A stretch of 64,000 nucleotides of DNA from Candidatus Eiseniibacteriota bacterium. Lineage in GTDB: Bacteria > Eisenbacteria > RBG-16-71-46 > SZUA-252. The position numbers and the translations under genes were made by a program. The notes beneath the pieces were generated by a model. It was given only the letters and a program-made list of their open reading frames with translations, did no database searches and was not told the DNA's origin. Shown piece after piece: positions 40,175 to 51,481 of this stretch (position 1 is the first letter of the stretch; each line of letters begins with the position of its first letter). Where the stretch lies: the NCBI GenBank assembly GCA_963703225.1, contig OY969801.1:1344001-1408000 (forward strand), read 5' to 3'.

Positions 40175-40891
40175 ATGACGCCTGAGCAGAATCCCCCTCA
40201 CACCGACGGGGTGGCCGTTGCGGAGCTGCCTCCGATCTCGCCGTTACAGGCCGCGCTCGGGGTCTTTATCCAGCCGCGTCAGACATTCGAGCGTTTGCGG
40301 GAAAAGCCCCGCTTCCTGATGCCGTTGATTGTCCTGATCGTCGCCCAGATCGCCTTCTCGGTCGTGCTCTTCCGCTCCGGCGTCATCGCGAATGACGCGG
40401 TGGCCAAGATGGAAGCTCAGGGGAAGCCCCCCGAACAGATCGAGCAGGTCGAGAAATTCTTCGACTCCCCGGCGGCCCCCATCATCGGCGCGGTGAGCGG
40501 GGCGGTGGCGATCGTTTTCATCCTTTTGGTCAGCTCCGGGTTCGTATTCTTCATGGGAAATTTGATGCTGGGGGCGCGGCTGACGTTCCGGCACTACCTC
40601 TGCATCACAACCTACGCGAGCCTCATCGGGCTCGTCGGCCAAGCGGTACGGGCGGGGCTCGCCCTCAGCAAGGGGACGATGGACGTCCGGCTTGGACTCG
40701 GAAACCTGTTCGGCGACGACATCGGCTACATGGGGCGGGTCCTGGACACGATGACCGACCCGCTCACCCTCTGGGCGATCGCCATCTCGGCGCTCGGGGT
40801 GTCCGTATTCGCGAAGAAGGGCTTTGGTTTCGGGGTCCTGGCAGTTCTGCCGGGCTTCGTCCTCACCATGCTCCTTGCAGGGATGCGCTGA
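40175..40891 (+). CDS. Yip1-family membrane protein (YknW-like)
   Basis: VFIQPRQTFERLREKP followed by about 5 TM helices; precedes a TolC/MFP/ABC set. Confidence 0.75.
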   Translation: MTPEQNPPHTDGVAVAELPPISPLQAALGVFIQPRQTFERLREKPRFLMPLIVLIVAQIAFSVVLFRSGVIANDAVAKMEAQGKPPEQIEQVEKFFDSPAAPIIGAVSGAVAIVFILLVSSGFVFFMGNLMLGARLTFRHYLCITTYASLIGLVGQAVRAGLALSKGTMDVRLGLGNLFGDDIGYMGRVLDTMTDPLTLWAIAISALGVSVFAKKGFGFGVLAVLPGFVLTMLLAGMR

Positions 40892-40908
40892 GCCGCCGGG
40901 AACTCGCT

Positions 40909-40935
40909 GGAAACCAACGCGGTAGATCAAACGTA
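40909..40935 (+). promoter_or_regulatory. Putative ECF-sigma promoter upstream of tolC
   Basis: GGAAAC-N17-CGTA, resembling the AAC...CGT ECF / sigma-W type consensus. Confidence 0.45.
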
Positions 40936-40991
40936 TGGATAGGGTCGGCGTGAGACTTCGTTCGCCTCGAACCGTTACCTGGGAGAATCGG

Positions 40992-42476
40992 ATGAATCGG
41001 GGAAGAGCTTGTTTGTGGATTCTCGTTGCGGTGGCCCTTGCCGCGGGGCACGCGCCGGCGGCCGCGCAATCCGCGCCGCCGCCCGGCGGGACGGCGCCGG
41101 CGGCTTCCGACACGGTGAGGCTGGCGCCGGTGACACCTGCCGAGAGCCTGCTGGTCGTCTTGACTGGATCGCCGGGGGAGCCCTGGAGCCTCACGCGCTG
41201 CATCCAGACGGCGCTTCAGTACAACTCCGACGTGCTGGTCGCGTATGCGCGGACCCGTCAGGCGAGCGGCTCGGCCCTCTCCGCGTGGAGCGGGATCATC
41301 CCGTCCCTCACGACCGATGCCTCCTTGGGCCAGACTCGGCCGGACAAATTCTCCTCGTTCCGGGGCGTCACCGTCAACGACACGCTCTACACCGGTCTAT
41401 TGAAACAAACGAATTCCGGATCGGTCGGGGCGAGCCTCTCATCGAATATCATCAGCGTCCCCGCTATCAAGGAAAAGCAGCGGCGGGACGCTCTTCGGTC
41501 GGGTAGCAATTCCGATGAGGCAGAGACCCGGAACCAGGTGGTCTTCCTGGTCAAGCAGCAGTACTTCGAGCTTCTCAAGGCAGATCGCCTGGCCCAGGTC
41601 GCGCGGGATACGGAGCGTTTGGCCCGGGACGAGGAAACGCGCGCGGAGGCCCTGTTCCAGGTGGGCACCGTGGCGAAGGGGGATGTGCTCAAGGCACGCG
41701 CGCGTCGGGCGTCGACCCAAGCCGATCGACTGCAGGCCGAAAGTCAGGCCGAGATCGCCGCCTCCAAGCTCCGGCAGGTGCTCGGGGTCGCCTCGGCGCC
41801 GCGGATCGCGGCGGAGCCGCTCTCGGACATCGGAATCGTGATTCCGGACTCCGCGGAGGCGATTCGCCAAGCCCTCAACACACGCCCGCGGCTCGAGAGC
41901 GCCAAGGCGATCGAGAACGCGGCCCGCTCGAGCCTCTTTGGGGCTCGCGCCGAACGGCTTCCCAAGATCACCGGGCAGATCGGCGTCAATCGGAGCAAGG
42001 TCGAGGAAACGTTTGTCAACCTGTTCAGCTCGTCGCCGACCGCTCCTCCTCCTCCCGACGAGGTCACCAACACGCGCTACGCGACGCAATGGCAGGGGTC
42101 CCTGGCGGCCAGCCTTCCGATCTTTGACGGCCTGGCCATCGAGGGCGGCGTGCGCCAGGCCAAGGGATCGCTCGTCGAAGCCGAGTCCCAGCGACGCCAG
42201 CGCGAGCTCGACGTGGCCGTCGAGGTCCAAACGGCGTGGCTCACCCTCAAGGAGGCGGTCCAACGTATCGAAGTGCAGCGAGAAGGACTCGTGTCGGCCG
42301 AGGAGGATTACAAGTTTTCCAAGGGGCGGTACGACCTCGGGGCGGGGACCTACCTCGATCTCCTCACGGCCGAGGTTGGCCTCGCGACGGCCCGCCAGAA
42401 TCTGGTCCAGGCCGTGGCCGACGCGCGGGTCGCGGAAGCAGGGCTCGAATTCGCGATCGGTGCGAAGCGCTACTAG
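40992..42476 (+). CDS. TolC family outer membrane efflux protein
   Basis: Signal peptide; two OEP repeats (VKQQYFELL...GTVAKGDVL; LPIFDG...RYDLGAGTYLDLL). Confidence 0.88.
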   Translation: MNRGRACLWILVAVALAAGHAPAAAQSAPPPGGTAPAASDTVRLAPVTPAESLLVVLTGSPGEPWSLTRCIQTALQYNSDVLVAYARTRQASGSALSAWSGIIPSLTTDASLGQTRPDKFSSFRGVTVNDTLYTGLLKQTNSGSVGASLSSNIISVPAIKEKQRRDALRSGSNSDEAETRNQVVFLVKQQYFELLKADRLAQVARDTERLARDEETRAEALFQVGTVAKGDVLKARARRASTQADRLQAESQAEIAASKLRQVLGVASAPRIAAEPLSDIGIVIPDSAEAIRQALNTRPRLESAKAIENAARSSLFGARAERLPKITGQIGVNRSKVEETFVNLFSSSPTAPPPPDEVTNTRYATQWQGSLAASLPIFDGLAIEGGVRQAKGSLVEAESQRRQRELDVAVEVQTAWLTLKEAVQRIEVQREGLVSAEEDYKFSKGRYDLGAGTYLDLLTAEVGLATARQNLVQAVADARVAEAGLEFAIGAKRY

Positions 42477-42509
42477 CCCGGTCGAACCGAAACCAGAGGA
42501 GAGGACTGA

Positions 42510-43820
42510 ATGACGAGCCGCGCGAAGCGGTTTGTGTGGATCGGAGCCGGGGCCCTTGTGCTCGTCCTGGTCGTGGTCTCGAACCTGAATCGCTCCGCGG
42601 GCGGCCAGGTCGCCATCCAGGCGGGAGAGGTGAAGAAGGGGTCGATTTCCTCGACCGTGCGCGCCCCGGGACGGGTCCAACCGGAAACGATGGTCAAGAT
42701 GAGCGCCACGGTGCCGGGACAAGTGGTCCAGCTCGTGGTCAAGGAAGGGGACCGGGTTCGCAAGGGCCAGTTCCTGCTTCAGATTGACGACAAGCAGTAC
42801 AGGGCCCAGGTGCGCGAGGCGTCCGCCGCGCTCGCGGCCGCGCGGTCGAACCTCCGCCTCGCAGAAGCGGCGCTCGAGCAGTCCGAAGCGTCGTGGAAGC
42901 GGAAGGAGGCTCTCTCCGCGCAGAATCTGGTCTCCGCGGAGGAGCTCGACCAGGCGCGGACCCAGCGGAACTCGGATCGCGCCCGCGTCGACGCGAACCG
43001 CGAAGATGTGGAGCGGTTCGGGGCGACGCTCCAGATGGCCGAGGACAATCTCCGGAAGACCCGGTTCGAGTCGCCGATCGACGGGACGGTGACCCAGCTC
43101 AGCATCGAGCGCGGCGAAATCGCGGTCACGGGAACGATGAACAATCCGGGCACGGTGATGCTGACCGTTGCCGACCTCGCGCGGATGAAGGTGGAGGCAG
43201 ACGTCGACGAGACCGACGTTTCCGCGATTTCCATGGGACAGACCGCGCAAGTGAAGGTCGACGCGCTCCCCGACACGAGCCTGACGGGACGCGTCACCGA
43301 AATCGCCAACTCGCCTTCGATCGAGAACCAGGAAACCCAGGAGCAGCAGACCAATTTCACCGTCGACGTGATGATCGACCGCCCGCCGCTGTCGCTCCGT
43401 CCAGGGATGACCGCGGACGTGGAGATCAAGACCGCGACCAAGGACAGCGTCCTCTACGTGCCGATCCAGTCGGTCGTGGTCCGGACCCAGGCGGACCTAG
43501 AGCCTGCCTCGAAGAGAGGAAAGAAGAGCGGTCCGCGGCGCGCCAAGGCGGAGGAGGGCGGCAAGTCGCCCGCCAGCGCGGCAAAGGATTCCAAGAGCAG
43601 CGAGGAGATTCGAGGTGTCTTCGTGATCGCGAAGGGTTTGGCCGAATTCCGCCGCGTCAAGCCGGGGATCGCGAGCGACACCGACTTCGAGGTGGCCGGC
43701 GACCTCAAGCCGGGCGAGAAGGTCATCATCGGCCCCCACAAGATCCTCCGCACGCTCAAACCAGGGCAAAAGGTGAAGATCGAAGAACCGAAGAAGCCGA
43801 AGGGCAAGGAGGCGCGTTGA
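42510..43820 (+). CDS. Periplasmic adaptor (MacA/YknX-like membrane fusion protein)
   Basis: TM anchor, hybrid motif [11 protein letters not shown], coiled coil, SPIDGTV, VDETDV, LRPGMTA. Confidence 0.9.
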   Translation: MTSRAKRFVWIGAGALVLVLVVVSNLNRSAGGQVAIQAGEVKKGSISSTVRAPGRVQPETMVKMSATVPGQVVQLVVKEGDRVRKGQFLLQIDDKQYRAQVREASAALAAARSNLRLAEAALEQSEASWKRKEALSAQNLVSAEELDQARTQRNSDRARVDANREDVERFGATLQMAEDNLRKTRFESPIDGTVTQLSIERGEIAVTGTMNNPGTVMLTVADLARMKVEADVDETDVSAISMGQTAQVKVDALPDTSLTGRVTEIANSPSIENQETQEQQTNFTVDVMIDRPPLSLRPGMTADVEIKTATKDSVLYVPIQSVVVRTQADLEPASKRGKKSGPRRAKAEEGGKSPASAAKDSKSSEEIRGVFVIAKGLAEFRRVKPGIASDTDFEVAGDLKPGEKVIIGPHKILRTLKPGQKVKIEEPKKPKGKEAR

Positions 43821-44545
43821 TCGAGCCGGTCGGCGGGAACGGCGCCCTCATCGATATCGTGGACGTGCGGAAGGTCTACGAAATGGGCGAGACCGAGGTG
43901 AACGCGCTCGACGGGGTCTCGCTGTCGGTGGGGAAGGGGGAGTATCTCGCCATCATGGGACCCTCGGGGTCAGGGAAGTCGACGCTCATGAACATCGTCG
44001 GCTGTCTCGATACGCCGACGAGCGGCTCCTACAAGCTCCGCGGGACCGAGATCCGCGAGCGGGACGACGACGAGCTCGCCCGGATCCGGAATCAGGAGAT
44101 CGGCTTCATCTTCCAGACATTCAACCTGCTTCCCCGTGCCGACGCGCTCCACAACGTGGAGCTGCCGCTGATCTACGCCGGACGACCGGCCAAGGAGCGC
44201 CGTGACCGGGCCCGCGCGATGCTCGAATCGGTCGGCCTGGGGGACCGGGCGCACCACCGCCCCAACGAGCTCTCGGGAGGGCAGCGGCAGCGCGTCGCGA
44301 TCGCGCGCGCCCTCGTCAACAGTCCGTCCTTGGTCCTCGCGGACGAGCCGACCGGAAACCTCGATACCAAGACCGGGCTCGAGATCATGACGATCCTGGA
44401 CGACATCCACCGCCGCGGTAACACGGTGATTCTGGTTACCCACGAGGAGGAGGTCGCCGCCCGGGCCCACCGGGTCGTCCGGCTGCGTGACGGCCGGATC
44501 GAAAGCGACCGATCGACGCGCCCGGCCCAGCCGGCTCCCGCATGA
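43817..44545 (+). CDS. ABC transporter ATP-binding protein (MacB/YknY-like)
   Basis: [43 protein letters not shown]. Confidence 0.9.
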   Translation: MIEPVGGNGALIDIVDVRKVYEMGETEVNALDGVSLSVGKGEYLAIMGPSGSGKSTLMNIVGCLDTPTSGSYKLRGTEIRERDDDELARIRNQEIGFIFQTFNLLPRADALHNVELPLIYAGRPAKERRDRARAMLESVGLGDRAHHRPNELSGGQRQRVAIARALVNSPSLVLADEPTGNLDTKTGLEIMTILDDIHRRGNTVILVTHEEEVAARAHRVVRLRDGRIESDRSTRPAQPAPA

Positions 44546-45795
44546 CCCCCGATCGGCGGCCGCGGCGCGAGGTGTGGATCGCGTTGGCCGAGAATCTGAA
44601 GATCGCCGTCGGGGCGCTGCGAGCCAACAAGCTCCGAACCGTCCTCACCGTCCTCGGAAATGTCGTGGCGGTGATGTCCGTGATCGCCGTGGTCTCGATC
44701 ATCGACGGCGTGAACACCTACGTCTCCGAGAAGATCCTCGAGCAGGGGCTCCGGGTCATCTACATCGACAAATTCGGCCTCATCACCGATGAGGACGAAT
44801 TCCGCGAGGCGACCAAGCGCCACGACCTCACGACGTTCGAAGCGGACGCCCTCCGCGACCGGATGGAGCTCGCCGATCAGGTGGTGGCGCAGGCCGAGGC
44901 CAACAAGAGCGTCCGCGTCGGCCGGGTCGATCTTCGGAATGTCCGCGTCCTCGGCACCACCGACGGCTACCTGGCCGTGGGCAAATACGAGACCGCGGAA
45001 GGCCGGCCGCTCGAAGAGGCCGATATGTCCCGGCGGCGACCCGTCTGCGTGATCGGCTCCGAGATCGCCGAGGGGCTCTTTCCCCGGGTCGATCCGATCG
45101 GCGAGACCGTCCGCGTGGCCGGCCACGAGCTTCGTGTCGTCGGGATCTTGACCGCGCGCGGGAGCGTATTGGGCCAGAGCCAGGACAACATCGTCATCGT
45201 TCCCCTCGGGCAGTTCCAGAAGATGTTCGGCGGCCAGCGCTCGCTCAACATCCTGGTGAGCGCCGCACCCGGGATCGACCTCGATCGCCTCTCCGACGAG
45301 GCCCGCGTGGTGCTCCGCTCGGTCCGCCACGTGCCGCTGGGCAAGCCGGACGATTTCGCGATCTCCACCGCCGAGACGTACATGGCGCTCTATCAAACCC
45401 TGACGGGAGGCATCTTCGCCGGAACCATCGGGCTCGTGGCGATCTCGTTGGTGGTCGGCGGAATCGTGATCATGAACATCATGCTGGTGGCCGTCACCGA
45501 GCGAACCCGCGAGATCGGAATCCGGAAGGCGGTCGGAGCCCGCGGCTCCGACCTCCTCTCTCAGTTCCTGAGCGAATCGGTCGTGCTCGCAATGTTCGGC
45601 GGAATCCTCGGCGTGCTGGCGGGGGTCTTCATCGCGCTCCTGATCCGCGCCCTGACGCCGCTCCCGGCGACCATCCAGCCCTGGTCGGTCGCGATCAGCC
45701 TGGGCGTGGCCTCCGCGGTCGGGCTCTTCTTCGGGGTCTATCCCGCGACCCGCGCGGCGCGCCTCGATCCGATCGTGGCGCTTCGGCAGGAGTAG
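44542..45795 (+). CDS. MacB-type ABC permease
   Basis: [48 protein letters not shown]. Confidence 0.9.
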   Translation: MTPDRRPRREVWIALAENLKIAVGALRANKLRTVLTVLGNVVAVMSVIAVVSIIDGVNTYVSEKILEQGLRVIYIDKFGLITDEDEFREATKRHDLTTFEADALRDRMELADQVVAQAEANKSVRVGRVDLRNVRVLGTTDGYLAVGKYETAEGRPLEEADMSRRRPVCVIGSEIAEGLFPRVDPIGETVRVAGHELRVVGILTARGSVLGQSQDNIVIVPLGQFQKMFGGQRSLNILVSAAPGIDLDRLSDEARVVLRSVRHVPLGKPDDFAISTAETYMALYQTLTGGIFAGTIGLVAISLVVGGIVIMNIMLVAVTERTREIGIRKAVGARGSDLLSQFLSESVVLAMFGGILGVLAGVFIALLIRALTPLPATIQPWSVAISLGVASAVGLFFGVYPATRAARLDPIVALRQE

Positions 45796-45798
45796 CCC

Positions 45799-47025
45799 GT
45801 GGCGATCGAGGTCCGCGAAGGCGTGTCGATCGCCTTCCACGCGCTGCGGACGAACAAGCTCCGATCCTTCCTCACCATCCTGGGGGTGATCATCGGGATC
45901 ACGGCGATCATGGCCATGATCTCGATCATCGAGGGGCTGAACAAGAGCATGAAGGCGCAGCTCGCGTCCCTGGGAACCGACGTGCTGTACATCCGGCCCT
46001 TCTCCCCGGGTGCTTGGGTCGGGGAGATGCCCGACAGCCTCCGGCGGCGAAAGTGGTTCGAGCCCGAGGACGCCGAGGCCATCCGGAGAGCCTGTCCCGC
46101 CGTCGAGGCCGTGGCCCCTCTCAATTTCGAGCAGCTCCGCCTCCGCTACCAAAATACGGAGAGCCGGTTGACCTTCGTGATCGGGACATCGCCCGACTAC
46201 ATGGTCACCAACAACTACGCGGTCGACAATGGGCGTGGCTTCACCGAGTCCGAGGTGGAACACCGGGCGCCGGTCTGCGTCCTGGGCATCGACCATGTGG
46301 AGACGCTCTTTCCGCACGTGAACCCGGTCGGGAAGAGCATCTATATCGGCGGCCGGCCGTTCACCGTCATCGGCGTGGCCGAGCCTCGTGGCAAGTTCCT
46401 GGGCCAGAGCCTGGACGACATCGTCCTGGTTCCGTTCACCACGCTCGAAAAGCTGTTCGGCCCCAAGCTCCGCATGGTGCTGAACGCCAAGCCGGCGACG
46501 CCGGAGCTGATCGACACGGCCAAGGAGCAGATCGCCGAGGTGCTGCGCCGCCAGCGGAAGGTCCGGTACAATCAGGGAGACAACTTCGCGATCTTCACCG
46601 ACCAGGCGCTGGTCGACCTCTACGGTCAGATCACCGGCGCCTTTTACATGGTGATGGTCGTGATATCGTCGATCGGTCTCATGGTCGGCGGCATTGGAGT
46701 CATGAACATCATGCTCGTCTCGGTGACGGAGCGGACGCGGGAGATCGGGGTACGGAAGGCGATCGGGGCACGGCAGCGCGACATTCTGTGGCAATTCCTG
46801 GTGGAGGCCATGACCTTGACCGGGGTCGGCGGGGTCATCGGCGTGGTGGTCGGCCTCGGGGTGGGGAAGCTCATCGACGTCGTCACGCCCCTGACCTTCG
46901 CGGTGCCGCTCTGGGGCATCGTCCTTGCCTTCGGGTCTTCCACGGCGATCGGGCTCTTCTTCGGCCTCTACCCGGCCGCGAAGGCGGCCCGGCTCGATCC
47001 TGTCGATTCGCTGCGCTACGAGTAG
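45799..47025 (+). CDS. MacB-type ABC permease
   Basis: [51 protein letters not shown]. Confidence 0.9.
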   Translation: MAIEVREGVSIAFHALRTNKLRSFLTILGVIIGITAIMAMISIIEGLNKSMKAQLASLGTDVLYIRPFSPGAWVGEMPDSLRRRKWFEPEDAEAIRRACPAVEAVAPLNFEQLRLRYQNTESRLTFVIGTSPDYMVTNNYAVDNGRGFTESEVEHRAPVCVLGIDHVETLFPHVNPVGKSIYIGGRPFTVIGVAEPRGKFLGQSLDDIVLVPFTTLEKLFGPKLRMVLNAKPATPELIDTAKEQIAEVLRRQRKVRYNQGDNFAIFTDQALVDLYGQITGAFYMVMVVISSIGLMVGGIGVMNIMLVSVTERTREIGVRKAIGARQRDILWQFLVEAMTLTGVGGVIGVVVGLGVGKLIDVVTPLTFAVPLWGIVLAFGSSTAIGLFFGLYPAAKAARLDPVDSLRYE

Positions 47026-47041
47026 CGACGGAGCCCCTTCG

Positions 47042-49899
47042 ATGGATCTGATCCGCGTGCGCGGCGCCCGCGAGCACAACCTCAAGAATCTGAGCCTCGA
47101 CATCCCCCGGAACGCCCTGGTGGTCCTGACCGGCGTCTCCGGCTCCGGGAAATCGTCCCTCGCCTTCGACACCCTCTACGCCGAGGGGCAGCGGCGCTAC
47201 GTCGAGTCGCTCTCCGCCTACGCCCGACAGTTCCTGGGACAGATGGAGAAGCCGGACGTGGACCAGATCGAGGGCCTCTCCCCCGCGATCTCGATCGAGC
47301 AGCGGACGGCGGGCTCCAATCCGCGCTCCACCGTCGCGACCGTGACGGAGATCTACGACTACCTCCGCCTGCTCTACGCGCGGGTCGGCATCCAGCACTG
47401 CGTGAACTGCGGCCGCCCCATCCGGCGGCAGACCGTGCAGGAGATGGTCGATCACCTGCTCGTCTCCCGCCGGGGGGAGCGCCTTCAGATCCTGGCGCCG
47501 GTCGTGCGCGGACGGAAAGGGGAGTACCGAAAGGAGCTCACGCAGTGGCGAAGGCTCGGGTACGTGCGCGCGCGGATCGACGGAACGTGGGTGGAGCTGG
47601 AAGACGACATCACGCTCGACAAGAAGCAGAAGCACACGATCGAGATCCTCGTCGACCGGCTGGTCGGCCGACCCGGAGCGCCGGAGCCGGATCCACGAAT
47701 CGTTGGAGAGCGCGACCCGGCTGGCCGAGGGGATGGCGCTGGTTCTCCACGGGGAGGATAGCGAGGAGACGCTCTCCGCCTCGGCGGTCTGCCCGGTCTG
47801 CCAGATCTCGTACGAGCCGCTCCAGCCCCGATCGTTCTCCTTCAATAGCCCCTACGGCGCCTGCAAGGCGTGCGACGGCCTCGGGACCACGCTGGAGGTC
47901 GATCCCGATCTCGTGATCCCCGATCGATCCAAATCGCTACAGGAAGGAACGGTCGTCTGGTGGGGCGACCCCGAAGGGACATGGACCAAGGGGACTCCTC
48001 ACGTCGTTCGCCAAACGGCTCGGCATCTCCTTCAACACCCCGTTCGCCAAGCTGCCCGCGGCCGCCCAGCGGGCGATCCTCTACGGGCTGGGCGACGAGA
48101 AGCTCCGCTACAAGTTCCGTCTGAAGAGCGGGAAGGTTTGGTCGCACGAGGGGAAGTTTCACGGCGTCATTCCGGAGATGATGCGGCGATACCGGGAGAC
48201 GGCGTCGGAGAGCGATCCGCCAGCAGATCGAGGCCTGCATGACCAAGAGGCCGTGCGCCGACTGCGGCGGGGCTCGGCTCCGCCCGGAATCGCTCGCGGT
48301 GCGGGTGGGCGGCGTCTCGATCGCGGACTGGGTGAAGCAGTCGGTGGATCGCGCGCTCGAAACGATCCGATCGCTCTCCCTCCCGCCGCGCGAGGCATCG
48401 ATCGCCGAGCCGATCAAGAAGGAGCTTCGGGCGCGGCTCGAGTTTCTCCGAGACGTGGGCGTGGGGTACCTCACGCTCGACCGGGCGGCGTCGACCCTCT
48501 CCGGTGGGGAGGCACAGCGGATTCGGCTCGCGACCCAGATCGGCTCCCGGCTCACGGGGGTGCTCTACATCCTCGACGAGCCGAGCATCGGGCTCCACCC
48601 GCGCGACAACCGAAAGCTCCTCGACACCCTTCTCAAGCTTCGCGACCTCGGGCAATTCGGTGCTGGTGGTCGAGCACGATCGGGAGACGATGGAGGCGGC
48701 CGACCACATCGTCGACTTGGGGCCGGGCGCCGGGCGGCGGGGCGGTTACCTCGTGGCGCAGGGCTCCATCGACGCGATCCGCGCTTCGTCGGATTCGCTC
48801 ACCGGCCAGTACCTCTCGAACCAGCGCGAGATCGCGATACCGGGGGCGAGGCGGCCGGGGAGCGGCGCCTGGCTCGAGGTCGTCGGCGCGCGGCACAACA
48901 ATCTGAAGAAGATCCGCGCCCGCTTCCCGCTCGGCACCTTCGTCTGCGTGACCGGCGTGTCGGGGTCGGGCAAGAGCACGCTCGTGAACGACATCCTCTA
49001 CCGCGCGCTGGCGAAGAAGCTCCACGGCGCCAAGGAGGCGCCCGGCGCCCACGATCGGATTCTCGGACTCGATCAGGTGGACAAGGTGGTCGCGATCGAT
49101 CAGTCGCCGATCGGCCGGACGCCGCGCTCCAACCCGGCCACCTACACCGGCGTCTTCACGCTCATCCGGGACCTCTTCGCCCAGGTTCCCGAGGCCAAGG
49201 TCCGCGGCTACACGCAGGGGCGGTTCAGCTTCAACGTCAAGGGCGGCCGGTGCGAGGCGTGCGCGGGTGATGGGCTGTACGAAGATCGAGATGCATTTCC
49301 TCCCGGACGTCTACGTCACGTGCGACGTTTGCCGGGGGAGGCGGTACAACCGGGAGACGCTCGAGGTTACCTACAAGGGAAAATCGATCGCCGACGTCCT
49401 CGAGATGACGGTCGACGACGCGCTCGAGCTCTTGGGACCGATTCCTTCGATCCGGCGAAAACTCGAGACCCTGGCGGGAGTCGGGCTCGGCTACATCCAC
49501 CTCGGCCAGGCCGCGACCACGCTCTCCGGCGGGGAGGCGCAGCGGGTCAAGCTCGCGACCGAGCTTTCGCGGACCGAGACCGGGCGCACCGTCTACATCC
49601 TCGACGAGCCGACCACCGGGCTTCACTTCGAAGACGTACGGCTCCTCCTCGAGGTGCTCGACCGGCTCTCCGATCGCGGCAACACGGTGATCGTCATCGA
49701 GCACAACCTGGACGTGATCCGGAGGGCCGACTGGATCCTCGACCTCGGCCCGGAGGGCGGAGACGCGGGCGGACGGATCGTGGGAGAGGGCGCTCCCGAG
49801 GCGGTCGCGGGCACGGAGGGATCCTTCACGGGAGAGGCGATCCGTCCGTTGCTTCGCCGGACGCGGACGCCCCGGCGCGTGGCCGAGGCCGCAATTTGA
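47042..49899 (+). CDS. uvrA: Excinuclease ABC subunit A (multiple apparent indels)
   Basis: [47 protein letters not shown] (twice), [17 protein letters not shown] across frames. Confidence 0.93.
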
Positions 49900-49923
49900 A
49901 ATCCCCCGGGGATGTGATAAGGT
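49896..49923 (+). promoter_or_regulatory. Putative sigma70 (extended -10) promoter of the gcv operon
   Basis: TTGAAA-N16-TAAGGT with a TG extension, about 40 nt before ATG 49965. Confidence 0.5.
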
Positions 49924-49964
49924 AGCCCGTCCTTTCACGCCGCAACTGTCCCAATGGAAAGAGG

Positions 49965-51098
49965 ATGCTCGATACCGCGACCGCTCTGAAGCGGACTCCG
50001 TTCTATCCCCGTCACGTCGCCTTCGGGGCCAAGATGGTCCCCTTCGCCGGGCATGAAATGCCCATCCAATACGAGGGGATCCTGGCCGAGCACCGGGCCG
50101 TGCGGTCGGGCGTCGGGGTCTTCGATGTCTCCCACATGGGCGAGATCCGGCTCACGGGGTCCGACGCGGCGTCCTACGCCAACCGCCTGGTCACGAACGA
50201 GGCGGGAACGATCCCCGACGGCAAGGTGGTCTACACCCCGATGTGCCTGGAGACCGGCGGGATCATCGATGACCTGCTCGTCTACGCGCTCGGGGCCGAC
50301 CGCCTCCTGGTCGTCAACGCGGCGAACTTCGACAAGGATCTCGCGTGGATCAAGTCGCACGCTCCGCGCGGCGTCCAGGTCGTCGACGAGAACGCCGACA
50401 CCGCCCAGCTCGCCATCCAAGGGCCCCGCGCCGAGGCGGTCGTCGCGCGCCTCTATGGCGATCGCGTCAAGGCGCTCGGATTCTACGAGGCCTTCCAGAC
50501 GGGTTCGGGCGACGCATGGACGCTGGTCTCTCGCACCGGGTATACCGGCGAGGACGGGTTCGAAGTCTACGTGCGGGCGTCTCGGGCGCTCCCGCTCTGG
50601 GATCAGGTGTTCGAGGCGGGCAAGGCCGAGGGGATCCGACCGATCGGATTGGGTGCGCGCGATACGCTCCGGTTGGAGATGGGCTATTGCCTCTACGGGA
50701 ACGACATCGACGAGACGACGAACCCGCTCGAGGCTGGGCTGGCGTGGACGGTGCGCTTGGAGAAGCCCGAGTTCATCGGGCTCGACGCCATCCGCCGCGC
50801 CAGGTCGGCCGGAATCGGGCGCCGGCTGCTCGGGCTCGTGCTGGAAGGGGACCGCATCGCGCGGGCCACGAGCGAGGTCCGGTTTCAGGGTAAACCGATC
50901 GGGCGCGTCACGAGCGGGTCGATGGGCATCACCATCGGAAAGCCCGTGGCGATGGCCTACCTCGGCTTGGAAGCCGCGAAGCCTGGCGAGCACGTCGAGG
51001 TCATGACGCGGGGGCAGGCCACGCCCGCACAGGTCAGCGCGCGGCCGATCTATCGCCACGGCACCGTCCGGTCGCCCAAACCGAGGAGAGCGGAATGA
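49965..51098 (+). CDS. gcvT: Glycine cleavage system aminomethyltransferase T
   Basis: [45 protein letters not shown]. Confidence 0.95.
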   Translation: MLDTATALKRTPFYPRHVAFGAKMVPFAGHEMPIQYEGILAEHRAVRSGVGVFDVSHMGEIRLTGSDAASYANRLVTNEAGTIPDGKVVYTPMCLETGGIIDDLLVYALGADRLLVVNAANFDKDLAWIKSHAPRGVQVVDENADTAQLAIQGPRAEAVVARLYGDRVKALGFYEAFQTGSGDAWTLVSRTGYTGEDGFEVYVRASRALPLWDQVFEAGKAEGIRPIGLGARDTLRLEMGYCLYGNDIDETTNPLEAGLAWTVRLEKPEFIGLDAIRRARSAGIGRRLLGLVLEGDRIARATSEVRFQGKPIGRVTSGSMGITIGKPVAMAYLGLEAAKPGEHVEVMTRGQATPAQVSARPIYRHGTVRSPKPRRAE

Positions 51099-51481
51099 AC
51101 GTTCCCAAGGAGCTCCGCTACACGAAGGAACACGAGTGGGTCCGCGTGGAAGGGGGCGAAGCGGTGATCGGGATCACCGATTACGCTCAAGGAGAGCTGG
51201 GCGACGTGATCTTCGTCGAGCTGCCTGCCCCTGGAAGCAAGGCCACGCAGATGAAAGGCTTCGGCACGATCGACGCCGTAAAGACCGTGAGCGATCTCTT
51301 CGCCCCGCTGAGCGGGGAGGTGACCGCCGTGAACACGGATCTGAAAGATAACCCGGCCCTGGTGAATCAGGCGCCGTACGGGAAGGGGTGGATGGTCCGG
51401 ATCCGCATCGGGAACCCCAAGGAGCTGGACGCGCTCCTGACCGCGGGGGCCTACGAAAAGCACCTGGGGGCCCATACGTGA
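51095..51481 (+). CDS. gcvH: Glycine cleavage system H protein
   Basis: YTKEHEW, GITDYAQ..LGDV, DAVKTVSD (lipoyl Lys), PYGKGW. Confidence 0.95.
   Translation: MNVPKELRYTKEHEWVRVEGGEAVIGITDYAQGELGDVIFVELPAPGSKATQMKGFGTIDAVKTVSDLFAPLSGEVTAVNTDLKDNPALVNQAPYGKGWMVRIRIGNPKELDALLTAGAYEKHLGAHT

Noticed and set aside
49924..49964. Glycine riboswitch upstream of gcvT
   Set aside because: The leader is only ~40 nt and the aptamer motifs are absent.
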